Source: a virus
Direction: 5' to 3' (one strand)
IMG/VR virus record: IMGVR_UViG_3300030430_005376
Coordinates: 73,661-137,660 of that record
Length of the DNA: 64,000 nt
Part shown: positions 26,121 through 35,370 of the stretch, piece by piece
Layout: every line of letters starts with the position of its first letter
How positions within the stretch are numbered: position 1 is the first letter of the stretch
The notes under the pieces: generated by a model
Database searches by the model: none
Seen by the model: only the letters and a program-made list of their open reading frames with translations
What the model was told of the DNA's origin: nothing
Position numbers and translations under genes: made by a program

Positions 26121-27554
26121 TTATTTAAGACCTGCAAGTCTCTGCCAGCGGTCGAGCTCTGGAGCACCGTTTGCTCCTTTCTTCGGCGCTGAAGATGTTG
26201 TGGGTCTGGATGATGAACCGCGGGTTCTTGACTCAGCGAGAGTCTTTTTGTTACCGCGAGTAAATGTCTCTGTGAGCGACTTGTACAATGACTTAGCCTC
26301 TCTAAGACTGTTAGCTTCGTCAAGAGCCTTGATAACAGATTTCTTTTCAGATTCGTTAAGGTTCTTATTTTGAAGAAGCTTATTGACGTAAAGCAACTTG
26401 GCATTAAAGAGATTGAGATCTTCCAACTGTTCACGAAGAGTATCAACAGCACTTCTGTATTTCTTCAGTTTCTCATCAAGCGCGCGATTCTTACGGCGCT
26501 CAGTGCGGAATGCCTCCGCAAGTTTGTTCATGTCGGGTGGGTTAGTAAAGGGATCTTGCCCTTCTGCACCACCACCGAAAGATTTGCTGGCGTCGCCCTT
26601 GCCGCCGCCTTTACCACCGAAAGCACCATCGACACCTTGGTGAGGACCTTTGCCTCCAAAGTGGTGATCCATCTTGCCTTCGCGGACCATTTTTCTAATA
26701 CGAAGAATTTCTTCAGCGAGCATGGTTTCATCGATTTCTACCATCTCTTCCATGCCTTCTTCTTGGTACATTTCACCGAGTGCTTGGAAGTCAACTTCTT
26801 CTTCTTCACCAGCTTCGCCTTCTGCTTCTTCACCAGCTTCTTCGGCGTCGTCAGCTTCTTCGTCTTCAAGCTCGACTTCTTCTTCGTCTTCATCATCGTC
26901 GTCAAGCATACCACGAAGCTCTTCAGGGATCTGGTCTTCTTCGATGTCATCTCCTAAGTCAAGAACTAATCTAAGCTCTTGAAGCATCTCTTCGATGCTA
27001 GGCTCCTGCTGCTCGTCGGCGCTTTCTCCATCTTGTTGTAAAGTTTCTGAAAGCTCGGCTTCAACAGCTTCTCTAAGAGCTTTGAGATCTACTTCGTAGT
27101 ATTTGTCATCCATCACTGAATTCTCCTTTAAATTCGTATCTTTATTACTTATGTTATCAGCAGACAAAGTTCTTTTTCTGCTATTAATTTTGTTTGCTAA
27201 ATTTTTTAATTCTGCTTTTTGATCTTCGTCAAGCTGCTGAAAAGCATCTCGAGTAGACTCAGATATTGCTACCTTAGAAACATCTGACACATCAGATGAC
27301 ACGTCAATACCTAACAGCGTAGATAATTTTCTAAGTGAGGTTTCATCTAACGTAATTTCTTCATCTTCAGAAGAAACGTCTTCGTTAATTTCTTCTTCAA
27401 CTGAATCATCTTTGCTTTCAAGAAGCTCAGATTCAATAAAATCTCTAATTTTTGGTGTAACTGCTTCGAGAATCGCTTTTTTTGCATTTTCTTCAGCAAC
27501 TTCTCTCAGTTTTTTTGCATCGGCTATTGCTTCTTCAAAAACTTTGTTTGACAT
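26121..27554 (-). CDS. Prohead scaffold/core protein (gp22-like)
   Basis: Acidic, coiled-coil; LNLFNAKLLYVNKLL; directly upstream of MCP. Confidence 0.75.
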   Translation of the reverse strand: MSNKVFEEAIADAKKLREVAEENAKKAILEAVTPKIRDFIESELLESKDDSVEEEINEDVSSEDEEITLDETSLRKLSTLLGIDVSSDVSDVSKVAISESTRDAFQQLDEDQKAELKNLANKINSRKRTLSADNISNKDTNLKENSVMDDKYYEVDLKALREAVEAELSETLQQDGESADEQQEPSIEEMLQELRLVLDLGDDIEEDQIPEELRGMLDDDDEDEEEVELEDEEADDAEEAGEEAEGEAGEEEEVDFQALGEMYQEEGMEEMVEIDETMLAEEILRIRKMVREGKMDHHFGGKGPHQGVDGAFGGKGGGKGDASKSFGGGAEGQDPFTNPPDMNKLAEAFRTERRKNRALDEKLKKYRSAVDTLREQLEDLNLFNAKLLYVNKLLQNKNLNESEKKSVIKALDEANSLREAKSLYKSLTETFTRGNKKTLAESRTRGSSSRPTTSSAPKKGANGAPELDRWQRLAGLK

Positions 27555-27610
27555 TGATTACCTCTTAAACTTAATAAATATAGCTGTTTTTTGCTAATGT
27601 TCCTTTTTAA

Positions 27611-28258
27611 TTATTCTTTTTCAATTAAATTGACCATATTTTTAACGTTGTTGACTCTTTTTTGTTGATTTAAAAAAGCGCGCTCCATTGGATCCTTTAA
27701 ATCCATGAGAGAAAATATGTTATCATCATACTCGTCGTGTCTAGGTAAGGGTGCACGAGATGATCCATACTCAGTTCCACCTTTTCTACCTGGAGCACTT
27801 CTAATGTATTTTGCATTCGACTGTGTTCCAAAAGCTGGGCCTTTTGTGTTACGTGGTACCGGGCCTGTTGTTCTTTTCTGTCGATAAGTTATTCTTGGCG
27901 ATATTCCTTGAACGACAGGAGTCGTGTAATAAGAATCTTCAGATATACCGAGTCGTGTCGCGTTACGACCGGTCAACGAACCTCTGTCAGCCCTGCCTGA
28001 TTTATTAGGATTCGTGTAAACAAGGGTGTCTGTGGCGGCGTGAATAGCTCTAACTAGAGGAACATCCATGTCGTCTAGAATATCAAAATCATCGCCGTCT
28101 TCGTCTTCAGGTTCACCAAGCTCAGAGTACTGATACATAGGACGAGACTCACCTTGAGTTGCTCCCTGCGTCGGGTGCCCTGTTGATATTCTCGCATAAC
28201 CACGTCCAAGATTGCCATCATGGGCTTTAGCAATTCTTATTGTGGTTTCATAACCCAT
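27611..28258 (-). CDS. Hypothetical protein in head module
   Basis: ORF track; AGGT RBS. Confidence 0.7.
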   Translation of the reverse strand: MGYETTIRIAKAHDGNLGRGYARISTGHPTQGATQGESRPMYQYSELGEPEDEDGDDFDILDDMDVPLVRAIHAATDTLVYTNPNKSGRADRGSLTGRNATRLGISEDSYYTTPVVQGISPRITYRQKRTTGPVPRNTKGPAFGTQSNAKYIRSAPGRKGGTEYGSSRAPLPRHDEYDDNIFSLMDLKDPMERAFLNQQKRVNNVKNMVNLIEKE

Positions 28259-28270
28259 TATTACCTACTT

Positions 28271-28828
28271 TTATCCAGCTGAGCCTAAGTATGATCTTCC
28301 TGAAATTAGACCTGCTACTGTGTCCTGAGATGCTACCTCAGGTGAAGTTTCGTGTGGTGAAGCTTGTCCGCCCAAACCTGATCCGAATTCGCTCTGCTGG
28401 GCAGGGTCTGGTGTGACTCCTGTAAATGCAGGTTGGTCATTAGCTGATACTGAGCCCGGACCAGGTGAAGTCAAAGGTGGAATGTAGGGAGTTGTTGGCG
28501 CCCCTTGACCTGCACCAAACTCTTTTTCATCTATTGTCTTGTCGTTGCTTCCAATATCAGGTGCGTCTACAAAATCGACATTAAAACCATCTAACATTCT
28601 ATTGCCTGTACCGCTATCAACAGCGCCGCCGTATGCTTCAAATGCTGCAGTGACGTCGCCCGACTGCACATTTTGAGACCAGACTTCTCTAATAGCGTCA
28701 TCTGTCATGTCGCCAGCGTGTATAGGAGAAGCTGCATATGCTGATCTTAAATTCTCATTGAATCTTTTGCCAGGGCCTCCCTCGGTCACGACGTCTGGTG
28801 TAACTAAAATATCTCCTTTTCCTGACAT
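28271..28828 (-). CDS. Gly/Pro-rich hypothetical protein in head module
   Basis: ORF track; GAGGAG RBS. Confidence 0.7.
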   Translation of the reverse strand: MSGKGDILVTPDVVTEGGPGKRFNENLRSAYAASPIHAGDMTDDAIREVWSQNVQSGDVTAAFEAYGGAVDSGTGNRMLDGFNVDFVDAPDIGSNDKTIDEKEFGAGQGAPTTPYIPPLTSPGPGSVSANDQPAFTGVTPDPAQQSEFGSGLGGQASPHETSPEVASQDTVAGLISGRSYLGSAG

Positions 28829-29058
28829 TATTGCTCCTCATTCTTTTTTTGGATTAATTTAATTCTTTCAAAAAGAAATTTTTGTTGTTTCTTTAACTGG
28901 AGAAGTGCCTTTAGTTCTTTTCTAACTTCGTAAAACCGCCTAATGTCTTTAGAGTTTTTAGCTTTTTGGACCCTATCTTTTTGGTCAGCTATTTTTTGAC
29001 GTTCTTCTTCTATTATTTTTTTTAACAAATCCTTTGTAAGTTTAGTAGGTCTAGACAT
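28828..29058 (-). CDS. Small basic protein with LLKKIIEEE leader
   Basis: ORF track; GGAG RBS; promoter motif upstream. Confidence 0.7.
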   Translation of the reverse strand: MSRPTKLTKDLLKKIIEEERQKIADQKDRVQKAKNSKDIRRFYEVRKELKALLQLKKQQKFLFERIKLIQKKNEEQ

Positions 29059-29108
29059 GACAGCTCCAGAAAAAATGTTTGCAATTTAAATATCTTGCAA
29101 TTATTTTT

Positions 29109-29648
29109 TTATCTATTTATTTTTGGAGCGAATGCCATATCTGCCCAGTTTCTTGCTGAGTCTCCAAATAGTTCCATAGGGTCTGACGCTTCTACAATTC
29201 TAGCAGCTTCATCTGCAGGTGTCGAAGGCACAGCAGTGCCTCTTCTACCTTCAGCTCCTGCTTGAGCTTTTAAAGTTGAAGCAGCTGTGTCTGCAAAAAT
29301 CTCACTCATAATCGGATCTTTAGTTACACTCGATATTAATTGATTTGCTCTGTTGTCTTGCTGAGGCTGTGTTCTATACACGTCTTCGTTGCTATTTTGA
29401 CCATAGCTTACTTGATCTAAGTAACTTCCTCGATTTTGTCGAGCAGCAGGTGGACTTTCGTTTGTTTTGCCCATTCTTGGGTCAAGTCTTTGTCTGCCTA
29501 TAACTCTACCTCGGCTTTCAACTGCTTCTTTTAGACTTCTCTTTTTTTCAATCGAGCTGCCCGGGCTCTGTATTAAACCTTCTGCCAAAATTTCAACTAA
29601 ACATTCCTTAACAATTGATTTAAGTACTTTTTTATTTACTTTGCTCAT
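29109..29648 (-). CDS. Hypothetical protein with VLKSIVKECLVEILAE leader
   Basis: Start reassigned to MSKVNKK at 29648, inside the protease 3' end. Confidence 0.7.
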   Translation of the reverse strand: MSKVNKKVLKSIVKECLVEILAEGLIQSPGSSIEKKRSLKEAVESRGRVIGRQRLDPRMGKTNESPPAARQNRGSYLDQVSYGQNSNEDVYRTQPQQDNRANQLISSVTKDPIMSEIFADTAASTLKAQAGAEGRRGTAVPSTPADEAARIVEASDPMELFGDSARNWADMAFAPKINR

Positions 29649-30255
29649 CTTTATCCCATGTAAGAATCTCATTAAAGATTCTATCAATCCTGTCGGTCCT
29701 GTTAAAAAAATTATTTAACTCTCTCGGTCTTATAGTTTTGCCCTCTTGAAGTCCCATAAAAGCACCAGGAGTTGATGGTTCGCTAACCATGTCAAAACAA
29801 ATTAATTGAAAATCATCTTGAACAACTTGTGTGTTACCTTGAGACGAAGTTGAACCAACACCCCTAGAGCTAATTCCTAAAGTTACACCGCTCTCGATGA
29901 GTGATTGAATAATCTTACCGCTAGGTGTATCTAAAACTTCAATTGTCCCATAAACATCGTCACCTTGCATGTAAGCTTCTCTAACAATGTGAGATGCATT
30001 CTTTAGTTCAATTACAGAAGAATCTGGGTGATCACACTCTCCTAGCGCTCTGTTTTCTCTTATCAATTTTTGATAGTTTTCAACTTCTCTTTGAAGAATT
30101 GATCTCGGGTAAACTCTTCCATTTTGATTTAGAGTGTTAGCTCTTTGAATTATGCCTTTAAGCATAATTTTTCCGTATTTTTCTCTATTTTCTTTGATTA
30201 TTTCTTTATCACAGGTGATGGGCAACCACTCTCTAAGAACTTTAAGCTCAGACAT
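29632..30255 (-). CDS. gp21: Prohead protease (T4 gp21 family)
   Basis: NQNGRVY, ALGECDHP, SHIV, GISSRGVGS, DMVSEPSTPGAF; start reassigned to MSELKVLREW. Confidence 0.92.
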   Translation of the reverse strand: MSELKVLREWLPITCDKEIIKENREKYGKIMLKGIIQRANTLNQNGRVYPRSILQREVENYQKLIRENRALGECDHPDSSVIELKNASHIVREAYMQGDDVYGTIEVLDTPSGKIIQSLIESGVTLGISSRGVGSTSSQGNTQVVQDDFQLICFDMVSEPSTPGAFMGLQEGKTIRPRELNNFFNRTDRIDRIFNEILTWDKDEQSK

Positions 30256-31111
30256 TTTCTTTCTCCGCACTCTTAAGCTCATTAATAAGCTTAGTAATTG
30301 TTAAAAACTTAACTATTGACTCATCGTTTACATCTTGATTCTCTAATTTTTGTATCGAATTTCTAACTCTATCAACTTTCTCTATGAGTATCTTATTGCT
30401 CTCATTTTCTTCAAAATTTTCCAACAAATCTAACGCAACTTGTCTTTTTTCTGCAAGGTAACTTGTCAGATATTCATCATTTTGAGATGAATAAAAAACA
30501 TAATTGCTGATGATTTCTCTTTCTGAGTTTGATAAATTAGAATATTTGCTATTAATTTTCTCAGTCATAAGTTTTAAAATTAGCTTATCTGATTTTGAAG
30601 CATCGAGCTCGCGCTGCATGTCGTTCACGGTTTTTGTGGATTTTTCAGTAAGTAAATTTTCTCCAACTTTCTTCTCAAATTCAATCAACCTACCAAGATC
30701 AGGTGATTCTTTGCGCCACTCGTTAATGACTATTTGAATTGATCCGAGTTGTCTGTAGTTTGGAATGTTTTGATAGAAAAAATCTTTTCTGTTAATTTTA
30801 TAGTTTATATCTCTAATCAGTTTTGATTTTTCTATTGAAAGCTTTTTAGTATCAATTTTTCTAGCAGCTCTTTTAGCTTCAGTGAGCACTGACGCAACTA
30901 TGTGTGTGTCGCTTACAGTTGCATTTGCGAGAGCGTTAAAAAGTCTAAACTCTTTGTGAAGTTCACTACCTTTAGCAAAGTGTTTTTCAATTAATTTAGT
31001 ACCTACGCGGGCGTCGCTTTTTCTTCCTTCGACTATGCAACTAGTAATGTGCTGTATTAATAGTTCGTACACTAAGCCTACGTTTCTTTTTTTATTGTGT
31101 TTGATGCTCAT
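30248..31111 (-). CDS. Conserved hypothetical protein between portal and protease
   Basis: KHNKKRNVGLVYELL N-terminus; operon position. Confidence 0.75.
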   Translation of the reverse strand: MSIKHNKKRNVGLVYELLIQHITSCIVEGRKSDARVGTKLIEKHFAKGSELHKEFRLFNALANATVSDTHIVASVLTEAKRAARKIDTKKLSIEKSKLIRDINYKINRKDFFYQNIPNYRQLGSIQIVINEWRKESPDLGRLIEFEKKVGENLLTEKSTKTVNDMQRELDASKSDKLILKLMTEKINSKYSNLSNSEREIISNYVFYSSQNDEYLTSYLAEKRQVALDLLENFEENESNKILIEKVDRVRNSIQKLENQDVNDESIVKFLTITKLINELKSAEKENV

Positions 31112-33078
31112 TTTTCCTCCTCTGATGAATTAATCTCAGAGATAACTCCTGTATAACTTTTAGGTTTTCCATAGACATTATCAAGCCTAGAGAGTGTTGA
31201 TTTAATACTGTTAGTCATCTTAGTATTTTGAATAATTTTGTTATCCAAATACTCATCTATATTTATATCTTCAAACTTAAGGTTTCCTGCAGATTTTAAA
31301 TTATCCATCTCTCGAGGAATACCTGTTACGTCATTTTGTCTTCGAGAGCCTGCGTCTCTTCTCAGAGAAGTAAAATCTTCAGCAAAATTAGCGTCTGATT
31401 TTCTCTGACGCTTTCTCCTTTTTTCTTCATACTCGTGTCTAAGCTCTTCTCTCTTTTCGTCGTCTGTTAGTTCATCTTTCTCGTCATCTTCAGAGAGGAT
31501 AGAAGTTATGCTATCAATTTTGTTTTTGACCCGAATCGGAACATTTACATCTTCAACTGAGTCAGATTCCGAGAGACCTGCGTCTCCTTCCGGAGGTGTT
31601 ATACCTAAGTCTATAGACTGTTCAATCTCTGCGCCTCCGCCACCCGGGAGGGGATCAGAAGGTCCTTCAGCTTGCGTAATCTGAGTTGACTCAATTTCAA
31701 GTTCAGAAATTTTGTCAAGTTTCTGTCCTTTCTTAATTAATCTAATCGCATCATCTGTGAGCCTGAGAATGTTTTTCTGAACCCAACTTTTATCAACAAG
31801 CCCTGGTGTTTGCAGTGCAGCCCCAGCTGTTTCAAATTTTGATCTAAAAAGCTCTAATTTTTGTTGTTGAGCAATTGTTGAAGGGTTAGACAAAGACAAT
31901 GTGAAATCAAGCAAATCAGTGTCAGTAAATCCGTGACAGTATAAGTGAATAATTGCTATTTTGTTCATCTCTGCGATAACAGTTCTCTGAATTCTTGAAA
32001 TAGTTCTTGAGAATCTTATATCTTCCATAGAGAGAGTTGCCTTAGCACCAAGACCTTCATCATAACCTAAGTACGCTTTTGGTATTTTGAGGGCTGCAAA
32101 AAGTTTTTTCTGTATGTATTCAACATCGTTAGTTTCGCCTGCAACTGTGCCACCCGCAAGTGTAACAATATCTGTGCCTGACTCAGAACCTCTAACTGGA
32201 ATAAAATAATCTTCATCGACAGACAGCGGATTGTATCTTAAATCTACCTTACCTGTGTTTTGGTCCGTAATTGATGCCCTCTTCAATGAAGACTGTGCAC
32301 GCTCCATGTATGCAGGAATTTCTTCAGGTGGCACATTACCTACATCGATCTTGAAAACTCTTCTTTCTGGCGCTCTAACAATTCTGTAAACAAGCATCGC
32401 GTCTTCTAATAAGATTAACTGGCGCCAAATTCTTCTTGCAGGTTCTAAAACAGAAGACCCATATGGGATAAAGGCATCGTTACCTAAAAGACGCATGTGT
32501 GAAATCTGCCAATTTTCTAAAACTTGATTACCTTGTGTCACCCATCTGAAGCGTACTGCCATCGGGTCCTTTGGATCAAAACCTTCTTCTCTTTCAACTT
32601 CAGAAATAGGAAGAGGATAGGCGTTTATGACACCAAGTTCTGGACTTACATCGTTAAACAGAAAGTGATCTCCATACTTGCACAAATTTCTGACCCAACT
32701 AGTCATGTTAAATTCTACATTTAGTGTGTCATAAAATAAGTCATCTAGTAATTTTTTAATCTTCACATTATCTGAGTGAATATGAAGAACTCTCCCATTC
32801 TCATCTGCAGAAGCAGTTTCTTCGGCGTATATATCGAGAGCACTACCAACCTCAGGAGTGTACTCCATTTCTGAGAAATCCGAATATCTCGCCATTCTAT
32901 CATAAGTTCCATAAGCCGACATAGCGTTGCTGTAGACTTTGCTCTGATTCTTTCTAAACATTTCAAATGCTGATGAAGTATACTTGTCATCTGGATTTAT
33001 AATGTTTCTTTTGACAACAGGCCCAGAACGAAAAAGCCTAGTAAGCCGCTGAAATATGTTTGATCTACTCTCTGCCAT
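31108..33078 (-). CDS. gp20: Portal protein (T4 gp20 family)
   Basis: LEDAMLVYRIVRAPERRVFKIDVGN, EDYFIPVRG, YIQKKLFAALKIP. Confidence 0.95.
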   Translation of the reverse strand: MAESRSNIFQRLTRLFRSGPVVKRNIINPDDKYTSSAFEMFRKNQSKVYSNAMSAYGTYDRMARYSDFSEMEYTPEVGSALDIYAEETASADENGRVLHIHSDNVKIKKLLDDLFYDTLNVEFNMTSWVRNLCKYGDHFLFNDVSPELGVINAYPLPISEVEREEGFDPKDPMAVRFRWVTQGNQVLENWQISHMRLLGNDAFIPYGSSVLEPARRIWRQLILLEDAMLVYRIVRAPERRVFKIDVGNVPPEEIPAYMERAQSSLKRASITDQNTGKVDLRYNPLSVDEDYFIPVRGSESGTDIVTLAGGTVAGETNDVEYIQKKLFAALKIPKAYLGYDEGLGAKATLSMEDIRFSRTISRIQRTVIAEMNKIAIIHLYCHGFTDTDLLDFTLSLSNPSTIAQQQKLELFRSKFETAGAALQTPGLVDKSWVQKNILRLTDDAIRLIKKGQKLDKISELEIESTQITQAEGPSDPLPGGGGAEIEQSIDLGITPPEGDAGLSESDSVEDVNVPIRVKNKIDSITSILSEDDEKDELTDDEKREELRHEYEEKRRKRQRKSDANFAEDFTSLRRDAGSRRQNDVTGIPREMDNLKSAGNLKFEDINIDEYLDNKIIQNTKMTNSIKSTLSRLDNVYGKPKSYTGVISEINSSEEEK

Positions 33079-33087
33079 TAAAATTTC

Positions 33088-34713
33088 CTACTTTATTACC
33101 CACATGTAATCTTGAGGTATTATACTTCGATTTTTTGTTTTATTTAGGTCTTGCTTCACGTTACTGCCTACACTAGAGTTCTTCCCGCTATAAACTCCTG
33201 TAGGAGAAAAAACCTGATCAGGTGTATCGTTGTAATTTCTTTGATTTTTTGATATTGCGTTTAGCATTGCTTCATTTAGTCCAGAATTTGATTTTGCGTA
33301 CTCTGAAGCGCCGTCGTACAACCACGACCCTATTGCTAAACTCATAACTAGGTCGTCATTGAAACCTGATCTTGCTTGCGCTCGACCTGTATTCCAAGTA
33401 AAGACTTTTAATTCTTCATAGAATCTTGAAGAATAAGACATAAGTGTTCTGTTTCTCAGAACTTCTTCCAGTTTAGCAAGAATTGTAGCACGAGACTTAC
33501 CAGAAGTTGTAAACCCGCCGACGTCGGCAGAGGCTGGTGGGACGTAATCACCTAAATACGCTTGTTTCTTTCTTCTATAGTATATTTTTGGATACTGTAG
33601 TTCTTGCAACTTTAGTATAGTTGCGTAACCATAGCTGTTGTTCTCTGGACAAACAAGTGCTTTGTTGTATTTCAATCCAAATTCATTTATAAGCTCAGCA
33701 AAAGTATCGGGTCTAATCTTACCTTTGTATTCAGCTACAATTTCACTTTTTGTCGTATCTATGATATGGAAAGTTGAGTAATCCTTTGAGTCACCTCTCG
33801 ATACATCTGCAGATAAGATATACTCGTGTGAACTCATTGGGTATTTCCATATCCAGACATTTCTATCAAGCCCAGCTCTTTCTACAGGTTTTTCAACGCA
33901 ACTTCGAAGCCATTCTAGTGTGTTATTATCAAGAAAAGTTTCGCCGCTCGTAGCGAAATCGCACAAGTATTCTTGAGCAATCTGTCGCTTGTTCATATTT
34001 CGAGTTGTCTTCTCAAACCAGTCGTCGTCTCTCTCCGGATGAACATTCCAGGGTAGGTTTATTGCGTTAAATTCATTCAATCCTGCTTCTGCGTCGACAT
34101 ACAATTTATGATACTGGCCTCCGACACCGTTGGGGGTTGACAAAATTATAACTCTACCGCCAGTAGAAATAGTCGGATATATACCAGTCCATATGGTGTC
34201 AAAGTTTCTAACAAAAGCAGCCTCATCAACAATTAGCAGAGAAAGTGCTTCAGATCTACCTGCGTCTTCTGATGTTGGTACGGCTTTTATTTCTGATCCG
34301 TGGCTAAATCTAATTTTTTGCTTATTGTTTTCAACTATCTCTGGTAACAACAGCCACTTTGGAAGTGCTCTTATCATAGTCTTTACTTTTGTGATAAAGT
34401 TTTGTGCAACTGTCAGTTTAGTTGCAATGATAAGAATGTTCTTCTCTTTTTGAAAGATAGCCATCCAAACAGCGTATGCAGCTACCAAAGTTGATAAGCC
34501 TAACTGTCTAGACTTTAATATAATATTAAATCTGTGTTCTAGAAATTCTTCGACACAATCATCCTGAAAAGGATAAGTGTCAAAAGAAATAAGCCCTCTT
34601 ACAGGATGTTGTATTTTCAAGTAATTCTTAAAGAAATAGTTAGGATCTTTGCCGCATTTGATTATTTCTTTTACTTGGAGCTGTTTGTTGTATTTCGCCA
34701 TAGCAAAATACAT
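33088..34713 (-). CDS. gp17: Terminase large subunit (T4 gp17 family)
   Basis: KSRQLGLST Walker A, LIVDEAAF Walker B, STPNG, ADVSRG, DDLVMS. Confidence 0.95.
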   Translation of the reverse strand: MYFAMAKYNKQLQVKEIIKCGKDPNYFFKNYLKIQHPVRGLISFDTYPFQDDCVEEFLEHRFNIILKSRQLGLSTLVAAYAVWMAIFQKEKNILIIATKLTVAQNFITKVKTMIRALPKWLLLPEIVENNKQKIRFSHGSEIKAVPTSEDAGRSEALSLLIVDEAAFVRNFDTIWTGIYPTISTGGRVIILSTPNGVGGQYHKLYVDAEAGLNEFNAINLPWNVHPERDDDWFEKTTRNMNKRQIAQEYLCDFATSGETFLDNNTLEWLRSCVEKPVERAGLDRNVWIWKYPMSSHEYILSADVSRGDSKDYSTFHIIDTTKSEIVAEYKGKIRPDTFAELINEFGLKYNKALVCPENNSYGYATILKLQELQYPKIYYRRKKQAYLGDYVPPASADVGGFTTSGKSRATILAKLEEVLRNRTLMSYSSRFYEELKVFTWNTGRAQARSGFNDDLVMSLAIGSWLYDGASEYAKSNSGLNEAMLNAISKNQRNYNDTPDQVFSPTGVYSGKNSSVGSNVKQDLNKTKNRSIIPQDYMWVIK

Positions 34714-34723
34714 AGGTCTTAAG

Positions 34724-35104
34724 TCAGCTTATTTCAAATATATGGACCTGTCTTACAAGAGCTGTACCCTTGTCAGAGTAAATGTTCATGTTAATTAGCT
34801 CAACAGACGTATCGCTTGACACTTTTTTAGTCTTCAGAGCTCTGCCAGCCATTGCCTTGAAATCTTTTTTAATTCTCTTCAAGCATTCATTTGTAAGCTT
34901 TTGAAGCTCGGACTCAGATTCTTTGGCAGCAACTTGCATGTTAGAACGTGTCAGTAGGTTTACGACTGACATTGAAGTCATCTGCATTCTATCTTCACCT
35001 ACTATCTGAACTGAGCATTTCATAAAACCAGGCTGTGCTTCATAAGTCTGACCAAATGTGTCATTAATAACAGTGCTTAATGTATTGTAGTCTTGAAAGT
35101 TCAT
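34724..35104 (-). CDS. Hypothetical protein
   Basis: ORF track; GGAG RBS; ATGA overlap. Confidence 0.7.
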   Translation of the reverse strand: MNFQDYNTLSTVINDTFGQTYEAQPGFMKCSVQIVGEDRMQMTSMSVVNLLTRSNMQVAAKESESELQKLTNECLKRIKKDFKAMAGRALKTKKVSSDTSVELINMNIYSDKGTALVRQVHIFEIS

Positions 35105-35370
35105 TTAACTCTCCCTTTAGTAGTAATTAGACGTTTCCTTCTATTTATGTACTTATTGACATCAACTTTTTTTGGACGCCAACCTTTTTTCCATTTTTCT
35201 TTTCTAGATTCTGCAAATTCTAAATAACACTCGTGGCAGCAAAAGTACTCAGAATTAAGCAGAAAGTCTTCTTGGCTTTTTAACATAAAACCACATAAGT
35301 CACAAAAGAACTTATCACCTGCAGCCTTCTGGGTATCTCTGTTTGTCTTTATGCTATACGTTTTTAACAT
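35101..35370 (-). CDS. Small Zn-finger protein
   Basis: CDLC...CCHEC. Confidence 0.6.
   Translation of the reverse strand: MLKTYSIKTNRDTQKAAGDKFFCDLCGFMLKSQEDFLLNSEYFCCHECYLEFAESRKEKWKKGWRPKKVDVNKYINRRKRLITTKGRVK

Noticed and set aside
26740-26960. TCTTCx trinucleotide-like repeats
   Set aside because: They encode the Asp/Glu-rich linker of the scaffold; not a DNA repeat element or CRISPR array
29702-29712. T-run in the protease gene resembling the chaperone slippery site
   Set aside because: The downstream gene has its own ATG (29648) and leader; there is no frame-opening signature
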